DNA of 64,000 bases from a bacterium (GCA_016125385.1 WGLV01000050.1:58454-122453), one strand, 5' to 3'. Counted from the stretch's first letter, positions 9,891 through 20,354 are shown. Made by a program: numbers and translations. The notes: generated by a model from the letters alone, not told the origin.

Positions 9891-11930
9891 TTGAGAAAAA
9901 TATATATTTTGTCCGCCGTGATTTTCATCGCTCTTTGCATTCGCCAGCCGCTTTCTGTTGACAGTCAAGAATCAGGAAAAATCGCTCCATCAACGCCCTT
10001 CATCATCGCCGATTTTGAAGCCGCCTCGGATGCGGCGTCGTGGCAAGGTCTTCCCTGCCAACTTACCACTCGATACGCGGCGTCCGGCTCTCAGTCCATG
10101 TCATTCACGATTCCGAAGTGGCATGAAGGTGATGAAGAGCGCCCCGGCGTCATCTTGAATTTCAACGAAGGAACAGGTTTCGCCTTTAACGATTGGCCGG
10201 CCTATCGCACGCTCGTTGCGGAGGTATGGATCGATGGCGACGCGCCCGCCAGCCCGGGAATGCAGATTCGCGACAGCCGGGGCAGGAAAAGCTGGACCGC
10301 TTACGATACCTTCGCGCCCGGCGTTCATAGCCGGCTGGAACTGTCGCTGGATGACGCCGGCGCCGACATGAACATTCACGATGTCAATCAGATCGTCTTT
10401 TACGACCTGCGCCCTGATGAGACGTATACCGTAACCATCGACTGCATCAGGCTGATTCCAAAACTAAAACCTCCCATCGCTTCGTTTCGTCTTTTACAAC
10501 CGAATTACCGCAACCTGATCGCGCCGGATCAACAGGCGATCGCCATCGAAGCGTCTGACAACACCGTCAATTACGAAACGCCGGCGTCTCGATCGCAATG
10601 GCGGGTATTGCTGAATGAAGACGATGTTCTCCATCAAAAAGTTACGCGACGCGACACGCGATTGTCTATCGATACAACTGATATCCATACGCGGAAAATT
10701 CATATACGCGCGGAGCTGTTCGATCGAGACAATAAAAGCGTTCTGGCCAAACAGGAGTGGGAAGTAACGAAAGCCAGCCCGTCAGAGTATGACGATTTAA
10801 CCGTCCACATCGATGAAAACAACAACGCCATCGTCAATGGAAACGCGTTTTTCCCGCTTGGATGGTACAGCAATACCAGCGAAAAGTATCTGGACGAAAT
10901 CGCCGACAGCCCGTTCAACTGCATTCTGGCGTATGGAACGGATTTCGTGAAACGCACCGAGCTGCTTCACTATCTCGACCGCTTGCAGGAAAAAAACCTC
11001 AAACTGATTTATTGCATGAACGACATTTATCCCGGCGCGACCTACTTTGACGGAAAGGACTGGGAAGGCGTCACAGGAAATGAGAATATCGCTTCCGCCG
11101 TGGTCGACGCATACAAAAACCATCCCGCCATATTGGCCTGGTATCTGAATGATGAGTTACCACGCAGCATGGCGCCTCAGCTGGAACAATATTATCAGCG
11201 CGTGAAAAACGCCGATCCAAACCATCCCTGCTATATCGTCCTGTGCCAGCGCAAAGACTTGCCCCACTTGCAGCACACAACCGACATTCTGGGCGTCGAT
11301 CCCTACCCCATTCCACACGATCCAATCGTTTTTGTGAACGAGATGATCGACAAGGCGCGGGACGCGGTTCACGAGAGCAAGCCGATCTGGGCGGTATTGC
11401 AGGCGTTCGGCTGGTATCAATACAACTCAAAGAATCCCGATCGGGGTCATGTTCCAACGGAAGAAGAGCTATTGAAAGGACGCGCGCCGACGTATGAAGA
11501 AACGCGTTGCATGACGTATCTGGCGTTGACGCACGGCGCCAAAGGAATCATCTATTATTGCTATTACGATTTCCGCCTGCTGCCCGAATATGAAACGATG
11601 TGGAAGTGGATGAAAAGCATCGCGTCTGAAGTAAAAACACTTTCACCGGCCCTGCTGTCGAATGAAAATACGGCGGCGATCGCCGTTCATCCCGATACGG
11701 AAGAAATTCATACTTTGCTGAAAGAGAAGGATGGAAAAATCTATCTTCTCGCGGTGAATTCAAGCAGGGAATCGGTTGATGCGACGCTTCATTTTGACGG
11801 GATCAAAACAGCGATGGCGGAGCGGATGTTCGAAGACCATGCGCCTGTTCCAATTCAAACCCGAACGATGAAAACCTCATTCGCCCCGCTTGAAGCGCAT
11901 GTCTATGAACTAAGCGGTATTCAGAAATAG
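9891..11930 (+). CDS. Secreted putative glycoside hydrolase (CBM-like N-domain plus clan-A-like TIM barrel)
   Basis: TTG start after GGGGAG; signal peptide; NGNAFFPLGWY, HPAILAWYLNDE, DILGVDPYP, ALTHGAKGIIYY motifs. Confidence 0.7.
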   Translation: MRKIYILSAVIFIALCIRQPLSVDSQESGKIAPSTPFIIADFEAASDAASWQGLPCQLTTRYAASGSQSMSFTIPKWHEGDEERPGVILNFNEGTGFAFNDWPAYRTLVAEVWIDGDAPASPGMQIRDSRGRKSWTAYDTFAPGVHSRLELSLDDAGADMNIHDVNQIVFYDLRPDETYTVTIDCIRLIPKLKPPIASFRLLQPNYRNLIAPDQQAIAIEASDNTVNYETPASRSQWRVLLNEDDVLHQKVTRRDTRLSIDTTDIHTRKIHIRAELFDRDNKSVLAKQEWEVTKASPSEYDDLTVHIDENNNAIVNGNAFFPLGWYSNTSEKYLDEIADSPFNCILAYGTDFVKRTELLHYLDRLQEKNLKLIYCMNDIYPGATYFDGKDWEGVTGNENIASAVVDAYKNHPAILAWYLNDELPRSMAPQLEQYYQRVKNADPNHPCYIVLCQRKDLPHLQHTTDILGVDPYPIPHDPIVFVNEMIDKARDAVHESKPIWAVLQAFGWYQYNSKNPDRGHVPTEEELLKGRAPTYEETRCMTYLALTHGAKGIIYYCYYDFRLLPEYETMWKWMKSIASEVKTLSPALLSNENTAAIAVHPDTEEIHTLLKEKDGKIYLLAVNSSRESVDATLHFDGIKTAMAERMFEDHAPVPIQTRTMKTSFAPLEAHVYELSGIQK

Positions 11931-11942
11931 ATCATTTCCATC

Positions 11943-11983
11943 AAAAACCCGGACGGAGATCGTCTTCGTCCGGGTTTTCTTTT
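11943..11983. terminator. Bidirectional terminator
   Basis: AAAAACCCGGACG...CGTCCGGGTTTTCTTTT between convergent genes. Confidence 0.75.
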
Positions 11984-11992
11984 ATCAATCGA

Positions 11993-12589
11993 TTACTGAA
12001 TCGGTCCGCCCCGGGTAGCGAAGATATCGCCCGGTGACACGAGGCCGTTCGACGATTCATAGACGTATTTCATGCCCGCGTCAGATCGGCGAGCCAGGCC
12101 AATCACGTCGGAATCGCCCCAGGGAAATTCGCGCGCCTTGTTGGGACCGAAACTCAGGATCAAAAAACCGACCGTTCGTTCCCAAAAAGCATTACGCGCG
12201 TCGGCGCCCCCCGTATCGTTATACCACGCTCCACCGCCGTAATCGTAATAGGTCCGCTGGTTTGAAAAACTTCCCGTAGCGCCCATCCCATCCGAGGTGA
12301 AGGGATCGCGCGTGACTTCCGTGCCGCTGATATAGGCGATCGGCGTGGTGAGTTGACGCCAAGAACGGTCTTCCACATCGGGGCCGCCCCAATCGACGGG
12401 GTAACTGTTGTTATCCATCTGATACATCTGAAGGGCGGTGCTCAACGTTTTGACGTCGGCGCGAACGCGGGCGACTTTCGCCTTGATCTGTGCGTTCAAG
12501 AAGTTAGGAACCGCGATGGCGGCGAGAATTCCAATAATCGCGACAACGATCAGTAGCTCAATCAATGTAAACGCTTTACGATCCATCAT
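11993..12589 (-). CDS. Prepilin-type N-terminal cleavage/methylation domain protein (paralogue 1)
   Basis: KA/FTLIELLIVVAIIGILAAIAVPNFLNAQIKAK class III signal peptide with Glu5. Confidence 0.93.
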   Translation of the reverse strand: MMDRKAFTLIELLIVVAIIGILAAIAVPNFLNAQIKAKVARVRADVKTLSTALQMYQMDNNSYPVDWGGPDVEDRSWRQLTTPIAYISGTEVTRDPFTSDGMGATGSFSNQRTYYDYGGGAWYNDTGGADARNAFWERTVGFLILSFGPNKAREFPWGDSDVIGLARRSDAGMKYVYESSNGLVSPGDIFATRGGPIQ

Positions 12590-12760
12590 TCAGACTTGCC
12601 TCCTCGCTCCAATTAAAAAACAATCTTCCAGTTAACAGTCTCTACTCAATATATGAATTACAGGATCTCTGTTAGAGATTGATTCAATCGATCCGAGAAG
12701 GAACGGCGATTTCACCGCTCAAACAATTGTGAGATTAACCCGGTGCATCATGGGGAAAAT

Positions 12761-12797
12761 AAACCGGAGCGGGTCAGACGATCCCGCTCCGGTTTTT
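12761..12797. terminator. Intrinsic terminator downstream of the DUF6807 gene
   Basis: AAACCGGAGCGGG...CCCGCTCCGGTTTTT inverted repeat. Confidence 0.65.
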
Positions 12798-12810
12798 GGC
12801 GTTGCTGAAC

Positions 12811-14061
12811 TTATTCAAATTTCACTTCAATCCGTTCACGGTAAGCCTTGTCGGCTTCATCGACCTTGCCCGATTCGGCGCCGCCGCGATGAATCCACAG
12901 CCGGTATTTCAAGACCAGCGGGTCATCGCCCTGGCTCAGCGTGTATTTCGCCAGACCGGGCCACGAAACGCCCAGAAAACCGTAATGCCGGAGAATCCAG
13001 CCCGGCGGGAGCGGGGGCATCGGCTTGCCTTCCGAATCCACCGAGCCTTTCGGATTTTCAGGATGATCGGGCGAAATCAACACCGCGACGCCCGAGGTCC
13101 GCGAACCGCTGGCGGGTTGCGGCTGAAAGCGGGCGGAGAGATCGGCCCACCATGATGGGAACATCAGCGCATCTTTCGCGCGCATACCGCCGGCGGTGGT
13201 AATGGCGGTGTCTTCACGAGGCGAGAAGCGCAGGTTCATACCGCCATAGCCTTTTTGTTCGGTCTCGGTTCCCTGAATGGTGACGGGCGATTCAACCGCC
13301 TTCAACGTAACCTTCACGTCGATGGCCTGCCCAACGCCATTGGGGCGATAGACGACGAACTCGACCGTCTCATCGATCACCCGGCGTTCATCGATATACC
13401 ATCCATTCTGAACGCCCAATAAAGCGCAAACCGGCCCCGCCTCGCGGTAAAGCCATTTTTCGAATTTCTGATGGATGCCGTAAATCGTCCACAAATCGAA
13501 CTTGACGTCATTCACATAAACCGAGGGCCAGGCCCAGTGCAAACCGCGATGATGATAGTGATCCTTGGGGAAATCATCGGTCAGCACTTCGCCATCGATG
13601 CCATGTATGGGATGGACATACGTTGAACGGGTGCGATCCTCGGGCACGCCGTCCGGCAACTGCATTCCGTAGATGTACGTCATGATGGGGCGGCCGCAGT
13701 TAATTCGCAGATGGCCGTCACCGTCGTCATCAAACGAAAACCAGTCGTTAAAACGCGGCTCGCGCAGAGCGCCGCGCTTCTCTTTCATGTGCAAGGTGTT
13801 TTCATTCTGTCCATACCCGGCGGGCAGGATGAAGAAGAGATCGTCTGGAAATGCTTTAGACCGCTGAACCGCCAGCGGGAGTTCCACGCTGGGCGTTCCA
13901 TCATCATCCAGATTGACGAACCAGTCATGCGCGTCAGCCGAAAAAGCCGGGGCCTCGGCGTGAGCGCGAACGGGAACATCGACGGACAGCACAGACGGCC
14001 GCTCGATGATGACATTGGGCGCGGCGGTCAGAATCATCATCGCGAGAATAGAAGTAAGCAT
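12811..14061 (-). CDS. DUF6807 ('PmoA-family') secreted protein
   Basis: YVHPIHGIDGEVLTDDFPKDHYHHRGLHWAW and KGYGG motifs; signal peptide. Confidence 0.8.
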   Translation of the reverse strand: MLTSILAMMILTAAPNVIIERPSVLSVDVPVRAHAEAPAFSADAHDWFVNLDDDGTPSVELPLAVQRSKAFPDDLFFILPAGYGQNENTLHMKEKRGALREPRFNDWFSFDDDGDGHLRINCGRPIMTYIYGMQLPDGVPEDRTRSTYVHPIHGIDGEVLTDDFPKDHYHHRGLHWAWPSVYVNDVKFDLWTIYGIHQKFEKWLYREAGPVCALLGVQNGWYIDERRVIDETVEFVVYRPNGVGQAIDVKVTLKAVESPVTIQGTETEQKGYGGMNLRFSPREDTAITTAGGMRAKDALMFPSWWADLSARFQPQPASGSRTSGVAVLISPDHPENPKGSVDSEGKPMPPLPPGWILRHYGFLGVSWPGLAKYTLSQGDDPLVLKYRLWIHRGGAESGKVDEADKAYRERIEVKFE

Positions 14062-14090
14062 AATACCTCCCAAAAGTCAGATGGAATCGA

Positions 14091-14279
14091 TCACTTGTCT
14101 TTCAACAGCAATGCAATGGCGAGCAACAGGATCACTTCGGAGAAGTTGACGAAGCTGAGCGGACGAACCGGATAGGTTGAAAACTGTGCGCTGAGATCGA
14201 TTTGAAGCACTTTGAACGCGATGCCGACAATGATAGAAACAACAGCCGCATAGATGAGAATCGAGGCGAGTTTTTTCAT
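14091..14279 (-). CDS. Small two-TM membrane protein
   Basis: MKKLASILIYAAVVSIIVGIAFK...LLLAIALLL; GGAGG RBS. Confidence 0.7.
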   Translation of the reverse strand: MKKLASILIYAAVVSIIVGIAFKVLQIDLSAQFSTYPVRPLSFVNFSEVILLLAIALLLKDK

Positions 14280-14366
14280 CGATTGATCCTCCCGTTTATT
14301 CCTGTGTATGGTACAAGATTTCCAGTGAACACTATCGCATAAATTCCATCCGATCGCTAGCAGCAA

Positions 14367-15299
14367 TCAGCGCGGCATGGCTTTCCAGATCGATGACGGC
14401 ACGCGAAACACGGTTCCATGCCGCAGACCTTCGGGGACATGTAACTGGTTTGAAACATCTTCCCAGTTTTCAAAATCTCGGCTGCGTACGGCGCCGTATT
14501 CCCCCTTACGGTACTTATCAAAATAGACGTAACAATATTCGCCGATGCGGATCGCGGTGGGGCCTTCGGCCCAATCCTCCCCGCTGATGGGAGGCGTCGA
14601 TGAACTCCACGGCCCCAATGGGCTTTTTGAAAACGCCATCCGAATGTTTTTTTCAGGAGGCTTGAGCGTTTCGTTTTTGAGAAACATGACGAAATCATGC
14701 GGCCCGCGTTTGAAGATGGTCGAGTCGATCACGTTAAAACCGTCGTCATAAAATACGCGCGTATCGCTATAGGTTTCAAAATCTCGAGTCGTCGTGCAAT
14801 AGATACGGTGGTTGTAATCGGTTTCGCTGCTTCCACTGGTTTCAGTGAAGCGGCCGGGAATCGTGGTCGCCCAGAAAATAACGTATTGCTTCGACTCCTC
14901 GTCGTAAAAAATTTCCGGCGCCCAGCAGTTCCGGGCTTCCGGTTCGTGATCCATGACGGGGATATTGCGCTCGGCGGACCAGTGAATCAGATCGCTGGAA
15001 TGAGCGATTCCGATTCCATGTCCGCCCCAGCCGGTCGTCCAGACAAGATGAAAGCGCTGATCCGGCCCGAGCAGAACGCAGGGGTCTCGCATCAGTTTCG
15101 ATTCGCCGATATAGGGATGGAGAAAAGAATGTCCACCATTCAGCGCGGTCCAGTTCAGCCCGTCTTCGCTGGCGGCGAAGTGCAGACCGTCTTCTCCATT
15201 CCCCGTGAAATAAGAGAACAGCAGGCGCTCATTCGCTTTAGCGGTAAAACCTATCAAAAACAGGCAACATGCGGACAGAATCATTCGTTTCAGATTCAT
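14367..15299 (-). CDS. Glycoside hydrolase family 43-like beta-propeller
   Basis: GEDGLHFAASEDGLNW, MRDP, WAPEIFYD, VIDSTI, WAEGP, RHG motifs; signal peptide. Confidence 0.85.
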   Translation of the reverse strand: MNLKRMILSACCLFLIGFTAKANERLLFSYFTGNGEDGLHFAASEDGLNWTALNGGHSFLHPYIGESKLMRDPCVLLGPDQRFHLVWTTGWGGHGIGIAHSSDLIHWSAERNIPVMDHEPEARNCWAPEIFYDEESKQYVIFWATTIPGRFTETSGSSETDYNHRIYCTTTRDFETYSDTRVFYDDGFNVIDSTIFKRGPHDFVMFLKNETLKPPEKNIRMAFSKSPLGPWSSSTPPISGEDWAEGPTAIRIGEYCYVYFDKYRKGEYGAVRSRDFENWEDVSNQLHVPEGLRHGTVFRVPSSIWKAMPR

Positions 15300-15406
15300 T
15301 CCCATTTTCCTCCCGGATACATAGACCGAACTCAATTCGGAGATAGGATTTTCCCGCATTCTATGTTAAAAACTCTTTGAATCCAATTTGGAATGAGGGA
15401 GAGCTC

Positions 15407-16603
15407 ATGAAAATCCGATACTTGCCGATCGCGCTATTTCTCAGTCTGGCGTTACACGCTTCCACGGCGCCGTTATTCAAGCCGCTGGATCACGTCGTTC
15501 ACTTCAGCCCGATGTCGAGCGGCATTTATCTGGGCAGCCCGACCCTCCTGCGACTGCCTGACGGCGCCCTGCTCGCGGGAATGGACATGTTCGGCTCTAA
15601 CGCGCCCAAGCCAGCGGTCTCGCTTATTTTCCGGTCAGAAGATAACGGCGATACATGGCGTTGTATTTCGGAGATTCGCGGCAGTTTCTGGGCGAATCTG
15701 TTTCTTCACCGCGATCGGTTGTACTTTCTGGGGACTTCAAACCCCAACGGCTCCATAGTGATCCGGCGCAGCGATGACGGCGGCTATACCTGGACCGAAC
15801 CGGCGGACGAAAACAGCGGACTCCTCTTTCCTGAAGGCGACATGAAACACTATCACTGCGCGCCCATGCCGGTGGTTGAACACAAGGGCCGTCTTTATCG
15901 CGCATTTGAGAACAACGCGACCGAGCAATGGCCGGCGGGTTTTCGCTCGCTGGTGCTGTCTGTGGATGTGGACGCCGATCTTCTCAAAGCCTCGTCATGG
16001 CGAAAAAGCAACGAACTGATTTACGATCCCGACGCCGATCCGGCGGAATTCGGCACGGCTCCAGAGATTCCCGGTGGGAAGGCGGCGGGTTGGCTGGAAG
16101 GCAACGTCGTGGAAGCGCCCGATGGCGAGATGGTTAACATTCTTCGCGTGAACTCGGCGCCGGTTGTGAATCGAGCGGCGATCGTCCATATTCACGATGA
16201 AGGCCGGCGGGTTACGTTTGATCCCAAGACGGGATTCATCGAATTTCCCGGCGGGATGACCAAGTTCGCGATTCGCCGCGATCCTGAAAGCGGCCGTTAC
16301 TGGACTTTGGCGAACGGGAACACGAATCCCAAAAACCCGACTCAGCGCAACAGCCTGTCGCTGTATTCATCCAGCGATTTGATTCACTGGAAGCAGCACG
16401 CGGTTCTGCTGGAAGACCTCGACGACTATGAAAACATCGGCAACGAATCAAAGGTCGGTTTTCAATACGTTGATTTTCAATTCGATGGAGACGATATCAT
16501 TTTTCTTTCGCGGACCGCGTATAACGGCGCGCACTCATACCACGACGCGAACTATATGACTTTTCATCGCATCGAAAATTTCCGCGATCGTTTCAAGGAT
16601 TAA
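15407..16603 (+). CDS. BNR/Asp-box sialidase-fold protein
   Basis: Asp boxes SEDNGDTW and SDDGGYTW; GWLEGN; FQYVDF; signal peptide. Confidence 0.8.
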   Translation: MKIRYLPIALFLSLALHASTAPLFKPLDHVVHFSPMSSGIYLGSPTLLRLPDGALLAGMDMFGSNAPKPAVSLIFRSEDNGDTWRCISEIRGSFWANLFLHRDRLYFLGTSNPNGSIVIRRSDDGGYTWTEPADENSGLLFPEGDMKHYHCAPMPVVEHKGRLYRAFENNATEQWPAGFRSLVLSVDVDADLLKASSWRKSNELIYDPDADPAEFGTAPEIPGGKAAGWLEGNVVEAPDGEMVNILRVNSAPVVNRAAIVHIHDEGRRVTFDPKTGFIEFPGGMTKFAIRRDPESGRYWTLANGNTNPKNPTQRNSLSLYSSSDLIHWKQHAVLLEDLDDYENIGNESKVGFQYVDFQFDGDDIIFLSRTAYNGAHSYHDANYMTFHRIENFRDRFKD

Positions 16604-16615
16604 GAATCAAGACGA

Positions 16616-16816
16616 CTAATCCTGAATACTCAGATAGACGTTTGAGGCGGTGGACGATCGTGAGTACCCTGAATCCCGCATGGAAGCGGAAACGGCGCCG
16701 TTCTGTCCGGCGGATGAGATACCAGTACTGAATCCTGTGCTCATTGATCCGGTGGTTTCGCAGGCGGTCAAACCGAATACCAATGCGAGCGTGAGTACGA
16801 ACAACCAGCGATCCAT
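16616..16816 (-). CDS. Small lipoprotein
   Basis: MDRWLFVLTLALVFGLTA-C lipobox; GGAGG RBS. Confidence 0.65.
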   Translation of the reverse strand: MDRWLFVLTLALVFGLTACETTGSMSTGFSTGISSAGQNGAVSASMRDSGYSRSSTASNVYLSIQD

Positions 16817-16927
16817 AACGGTTTCCTCCGTGGCTTTTGTTTTTTCATTATACCGATACGATGAGTCACAAGCCAATCGGATTTTCCGGCGGGCTCGTGA
16901 TATCCGCAGGGAGAACGGCACTCCATC

Positions 16928-18013
16928 ATGCCCGCCATCGATTGGTTCTATCAATATCTTGCCAAGCCGGTTTTCTTTCAATTCGACCCTGAACGCGTGC
17001 ATGAATTCGTAATGCGTGGACTCGGTTTCACGCGCCCGTTCAAACCGCTGATCGCCTCCTGTTTGCGCGTGGAAGACGCCCGGCTCCATCAGACGATTCA
17101 CGGAGTGAAATTCGACAACCCGATCGGCCTCGCGGGCGGATTCGACAAAAACGCCCTCGCCGCCGATCTGTGGCCAATGTTCGGATTCGGTTTTTTCGAA
17201 ATCGGTACAGTGACTCCCCTTCCCCAGCCCGGCAACCCCAAACCCCGCCTGTTCCGGTATCCCGGCCGGGATGCCATCGTCAATCGCATGGGATTTAACA
17301 ATGACGGCGCGGACGCCATCGCCTCCCGGCTGGCGGCGTTATCCTCAAAGCAGACGCTTCGCGGAGTAATGGGCGTCAGTCTTGGCAAGCAGTTCAGCAC
17401 GCCAGTTGACGACCTCGACGCTGTGATCGGCGATTACCGCTCTTCGCTGGCGCGTTTGTACGAATACGGCGATTATTTCGCGGTCAATGTCAGTTCGCCC
17501 AATACGAAAAATCTTCGCGCGCTTCAGGAAAAGGGTTCGCTGGCGAACCTGCTTTCCGCCCTGAAGACCGATCTCGATGAAAGGGCAAAAACCGGCCCCG
17601 CCAAACCGTTCTACGTCAAACTGGCGCCCGATTTAAGCGATGTGCAGATCACCGAAGCGGTGGAAACGGCGCTCGGCGCGGGAGTGGACGGTTTTATCGC
17701 CACCAACACAACCAACCAGACCGGCGTGGAAGAAACCGGCGGGTTGAGCGGACGCCCGTTACGCGAGCGCTCGACGCAGGCGATCGCCCTGATCGCAAAC
17801 GTGACTGAAAAACGGGTACCAATCATGGGCGCGGGTGGAATTTTTGACGCGGCGGACGGGGTGGAAAAACTCGACGCCGGCGCTTGGCTTCTACAACTTT
17901 ATACCGGTTTTATCTATCAAGGTCCGGGCGTCGTGAGAGCGATTCTGAAGGGCATGCTGGAGGAAATGGACAAGCGCGGGTATCAGTCAATTCAGGATTT
18001 CAGAAAAAAATAA
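16928..18013 (+). CDS. pyrD: Quinone-dependent dihydroorotate dehydrogenase (class 2)
   Basis: DPERVH, NPIGLAGGFDKN, PQPGNPKPRLFR, NRMGFNN, VNVSSPNT, KLAPD, GGLSG. Confidence 0.97.
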   Translation: MPAIDWFYQYLAKPVFFQFDPERVHEFVMRGLGFTRPFKPLIASCLRVEDARLHQTIHGVKFDNPIGLAGGFDKNALAADLWPMFGFGFFEIGTVTPLPQPGNPKPRLFRYPGRDAIVNRMGFNNDGADAIASRLAALSSKQTLRGVMGVSLGKQFSTPVDDLDAVIGDYRSSLARLYEYGDYFAVNVSSPNTKNLRALQEKGSLANLLSALKTDLDERAKTGPAKPFYVKLAPDLSDVQITEAVETALGAGVDGFIATNTTNQTGVEETGGLSGRPLRERSTQAIALIANVTEKRVPIMGAGGIFDAADGVEKLDAGAWLLQLYTGFIYQGPGVVRAILKGMLEEMDKRGYQSIQDFRKK

Positions 18014-18039
18014 GCCTCAAACAGCATCGGCTCCGACGA

Positions 18040-18070
18040 AAACGCCGCTCCCGGAATGAGAGCGGCGTTT
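18040..18070. terminator. Bidirectional terminator
   Basis: AAACGCCGCTC...GAGCGGCGTTT between convergent genes. Confidence 0.65.
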
Positions 18071-18094
18071 ATAATTTTATCAAACGGCCGCCAA

Positions 18095-19663
18095 TCAGGC
18101 CGTCAGGTTCAACCAGCCCATATTCGCCTTCTTCAGCGCATAGCCGGTTTCCTGGAGATAATCGCCATAAGAAGCCATCCAGTGGAAACCGCGTGTTTCC
18201 TCATTCACCCGATCGGTATCCGCATCAAGCTGAACGTCGATTTGAGAGCGGCAGATCGCCATGAACGGATTGTCTACAATCTCGCCGGTGAAGCCCATCC
18301 AGCGTTCGAAATTGAAATCGGGATCGATCACTGTAATCTTTTCGCCCAGTTTCATTTCCACCTTGGGCGCGGCGCCATAGTCGGATTCGAAATGAGTGAG
18401 AATGCGCACTGGTTCGGCGTTTTCGCCATCCATCTTGCGAGGCGCGGTACAATGAGCCAACGTAACCAAGCCGTGATGAGGATAAGTCGGGTCATTGAGA
18501 AACACAGGCTTGTTGGAGAGGTAGCGCAATAGAATTCCCGAGGGAATCACCACGAAATCCGACTCGCAAAACGCCATCGCGCCTTCATCATTAATCAGAC
18601 TGAGCGGCATACAGGCGGTGGTTTCGGCGATCCCCATGACCGTGCCCATGCAGTTGTTAATAGTGAAAGCGTCAGTCTGAGCCTCCTGCATCAGTTTTTT
18701 GATGACGCCGGTCAGCAGAAAAGCCCGCGTCATGAACGCCGGATCGGTCTCAAGCGAAACACCTTCCTGCTTAAGATAGGCTTGCGCATCACGCTCGCAG
18801 CGTTTCATCAATTGCGGGTTATTCCGAGCCTGTTTAATGCGCTCGCCAAGATCGTCATACGTCACGTCGATGATCTCCATATTAAAGCGATCTCGTGTGC
18901 GTTGTGGGGCTTCGCGCCCTCCTTCGCCCCAGCCCGACGCGCCGCCCAGCGCGACGATGCGTTTGTTCATGGTGTTTTTCAGCGCATAGAGCGCCCTCAG
19001 TCGAAGCAACACGTCACCCACTTCATCGACGACGACGTCTTCAGGGCCGACGCCCGGTTGACCGAACTGATCCACCGTCTTGCGCAGATAGCGATTATGT
19101 ACGATCTCATACCACAGGTAGGTCGAACCGGTGCGATGCCGGACGAAGACCAGCGTCCACTTGTCCGGCGCGGACAAGGCCTCCAGCGTATTTCCCCAGC
19201 CTCCGGCGGCGTAGATCAGGGTTACGTCATACTCACCCTTTGCGATGTTCGACGCCTGATCGGGGTTCAGCGCTTCGACGATAGGGAGGATTTCAAGCGG
19301 GAACTCGGCTTGATCCTTCAGTTCACTCAGTTCGGATTGGACGCGCTGTTTTTCACCCGCGACGGCTTCAGGCGTTTGGACGTCGCCCCAGGATCGCCAG
19401 CTGGTTTTATCGCGGCGCTGAGGCAGGTCATACATCAGCACCGGTTGAACTTTTAATGTCTTTTTAATGGGCTGAACCGGCTCGTCTTCATCGCTGAAGG
19501 CCGACTGCGCGGCGAACGCCGATAGCGCGATTCCACTGACGGCGGCGGCGCTCATAAAGGTTCGGCGGGATACGCAATCGCCGGGATGGCTTGTACAGAT
19601 CGATTTCGTGCAACAGCGGCAAACCGAAGGGACGTCGTGAGAATGGGAATGCGATTGAGTCAT
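18095..19663 (-). CDS. L-fucose/L-arabinose isomerase-like protein with Tat signal
   Basis: SRRTFM twin-arginine signal; AFCESD, AHCTAP, THFES, CRSQ, GFHW motifs of the fucose-isomerase fold. Confidence 0.8.
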   Translation of the reverse strand: MTQSHSHSHDVPSVCRCCTKSICTSHPGDCVSRRTFMSAAAVSGIALSAFAAQSAFSDEDEPVQPIKKTLKVQPVLMYDLPQRRDKTSWRSWGDVQTPEAVAGEKQRVQSELSELKDQAEFPLEILPIVEALNPDQASNIAKGEYDVTLIYAAGGWGNTLEALSAPDKWTLVFVRHRTGSTYLWYEIVHNRYLRKTVDQFGQPGVGPEDVVVDEVGDVLLRLRALYALKNTMNKRIVALGGASGWGEGGREAPQRTRDRFNMEIIDVTYDDLGERIKQARNNPQLMKRCERDAQAYLKQEGVSLETDPAFMTRAFLLTGVIKKLMQEAQTDAFTINNCMGTVMGIAETTACMPLSLINDEGAMAFCESDFVVIPSGILLRYLSNKPVFLNDPTYPHHGLVTLAHCTAPRKMDGENAEPVRILTHFESDYGAAPKVEMKLGEKITVIDPDFNFERWMGFTGEIVDNPFMAICRSQIDVQLDADTDRVNEETRGFHWMASYGDYLQETGYALKKANMGWLNLTA

Positions 19664-19842
19664 GATGCTCCTCCAAAGGGTGAAACGGTCGAACTCCAGT
19701 GTGTGAAAATTCTTCCTGATAATCAATCATACGCGCATAAATGTCAATCATTTTTGTTGAGTGGATAAGAGAAAAGCAACAATCACACGGTTTCAATGAG
19801 CAACGTCATTGGGTCGCTAAATTCGTATTTTGCGATTTTACA

Positions 19843-19884
19843 TAAAAAAAGGCAAAAAAAACGCGCCAGAGTTCATCTGGCGCC
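19843..19884 (-). terminator. Intrinsic terminator
   Basis: GCGCCAGA-loop-TCTGGCGC followed by a long T tract on the minus strand. Confidence 0.75.
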
Positions 19885-20036
19885 AACGGGGCACAAGGCC
19901 CCCAGGGTTGAGGGCGATGAGGGAGGAGTTCGGTTTGCGTTTGCTAGGATCCGAGGCTCCTCACGCATCGTGTGGGCGATGTTTGGGTACTACGACTTCC
20001 ACGGCTATGTTTGACGGCTGATTCCCTTTTTCAGAT

Positions 20037-20354
20037 TCAGACTTTATCCAGATCGTTGATCTGATTTTCTTTTAACGCTTTCACGTAATGATCGAGTTCG
20101 TGCAACGTCGCGTCCGCTTTCGAGTATTTCTTGTCGCGCTTCGGGGGATGAAGCGCCCCGGCCTGCGCGCCAAACTCATCGGCGTCTACGTCCATATAGT
20201 TTAGCATACCGTTTTGCCGCGTATTTTTTTGTTTGCGCTTTTCCCGATCGGGGTTCCAGAAATACACCACGAAAAATGAAGCCGCGAGCGAGATGCAAAA
20301 CAGTATTTTGGTCAGGGGCGAGATCGAGTAAGTGATATAATCAATCATGTGCAT
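20037..20354 (-). CDS. Hypothetical single-TM protein
   Basis: 105 aa; one hydrophobic segment then a charged tail; GAGGG RBS. Confidence 0.7.
   Translation of the reverse strand: MHMIDYITYSISPLTKILFCISLAASFFVVYFWNPDREKRKQKNTRQNGMLNYMDVDADEFGAQAGALHPPKRDKKYSKADATLHELDHYVKALKENQINDLDKV

Noticed and set aside
12811-14061. 'PmoA' label suggesting methane oxidation
   Set aside because: DUF6807 is a soluble secreted domain; there is no pmoCAB operon or multi-TM PmoA here.
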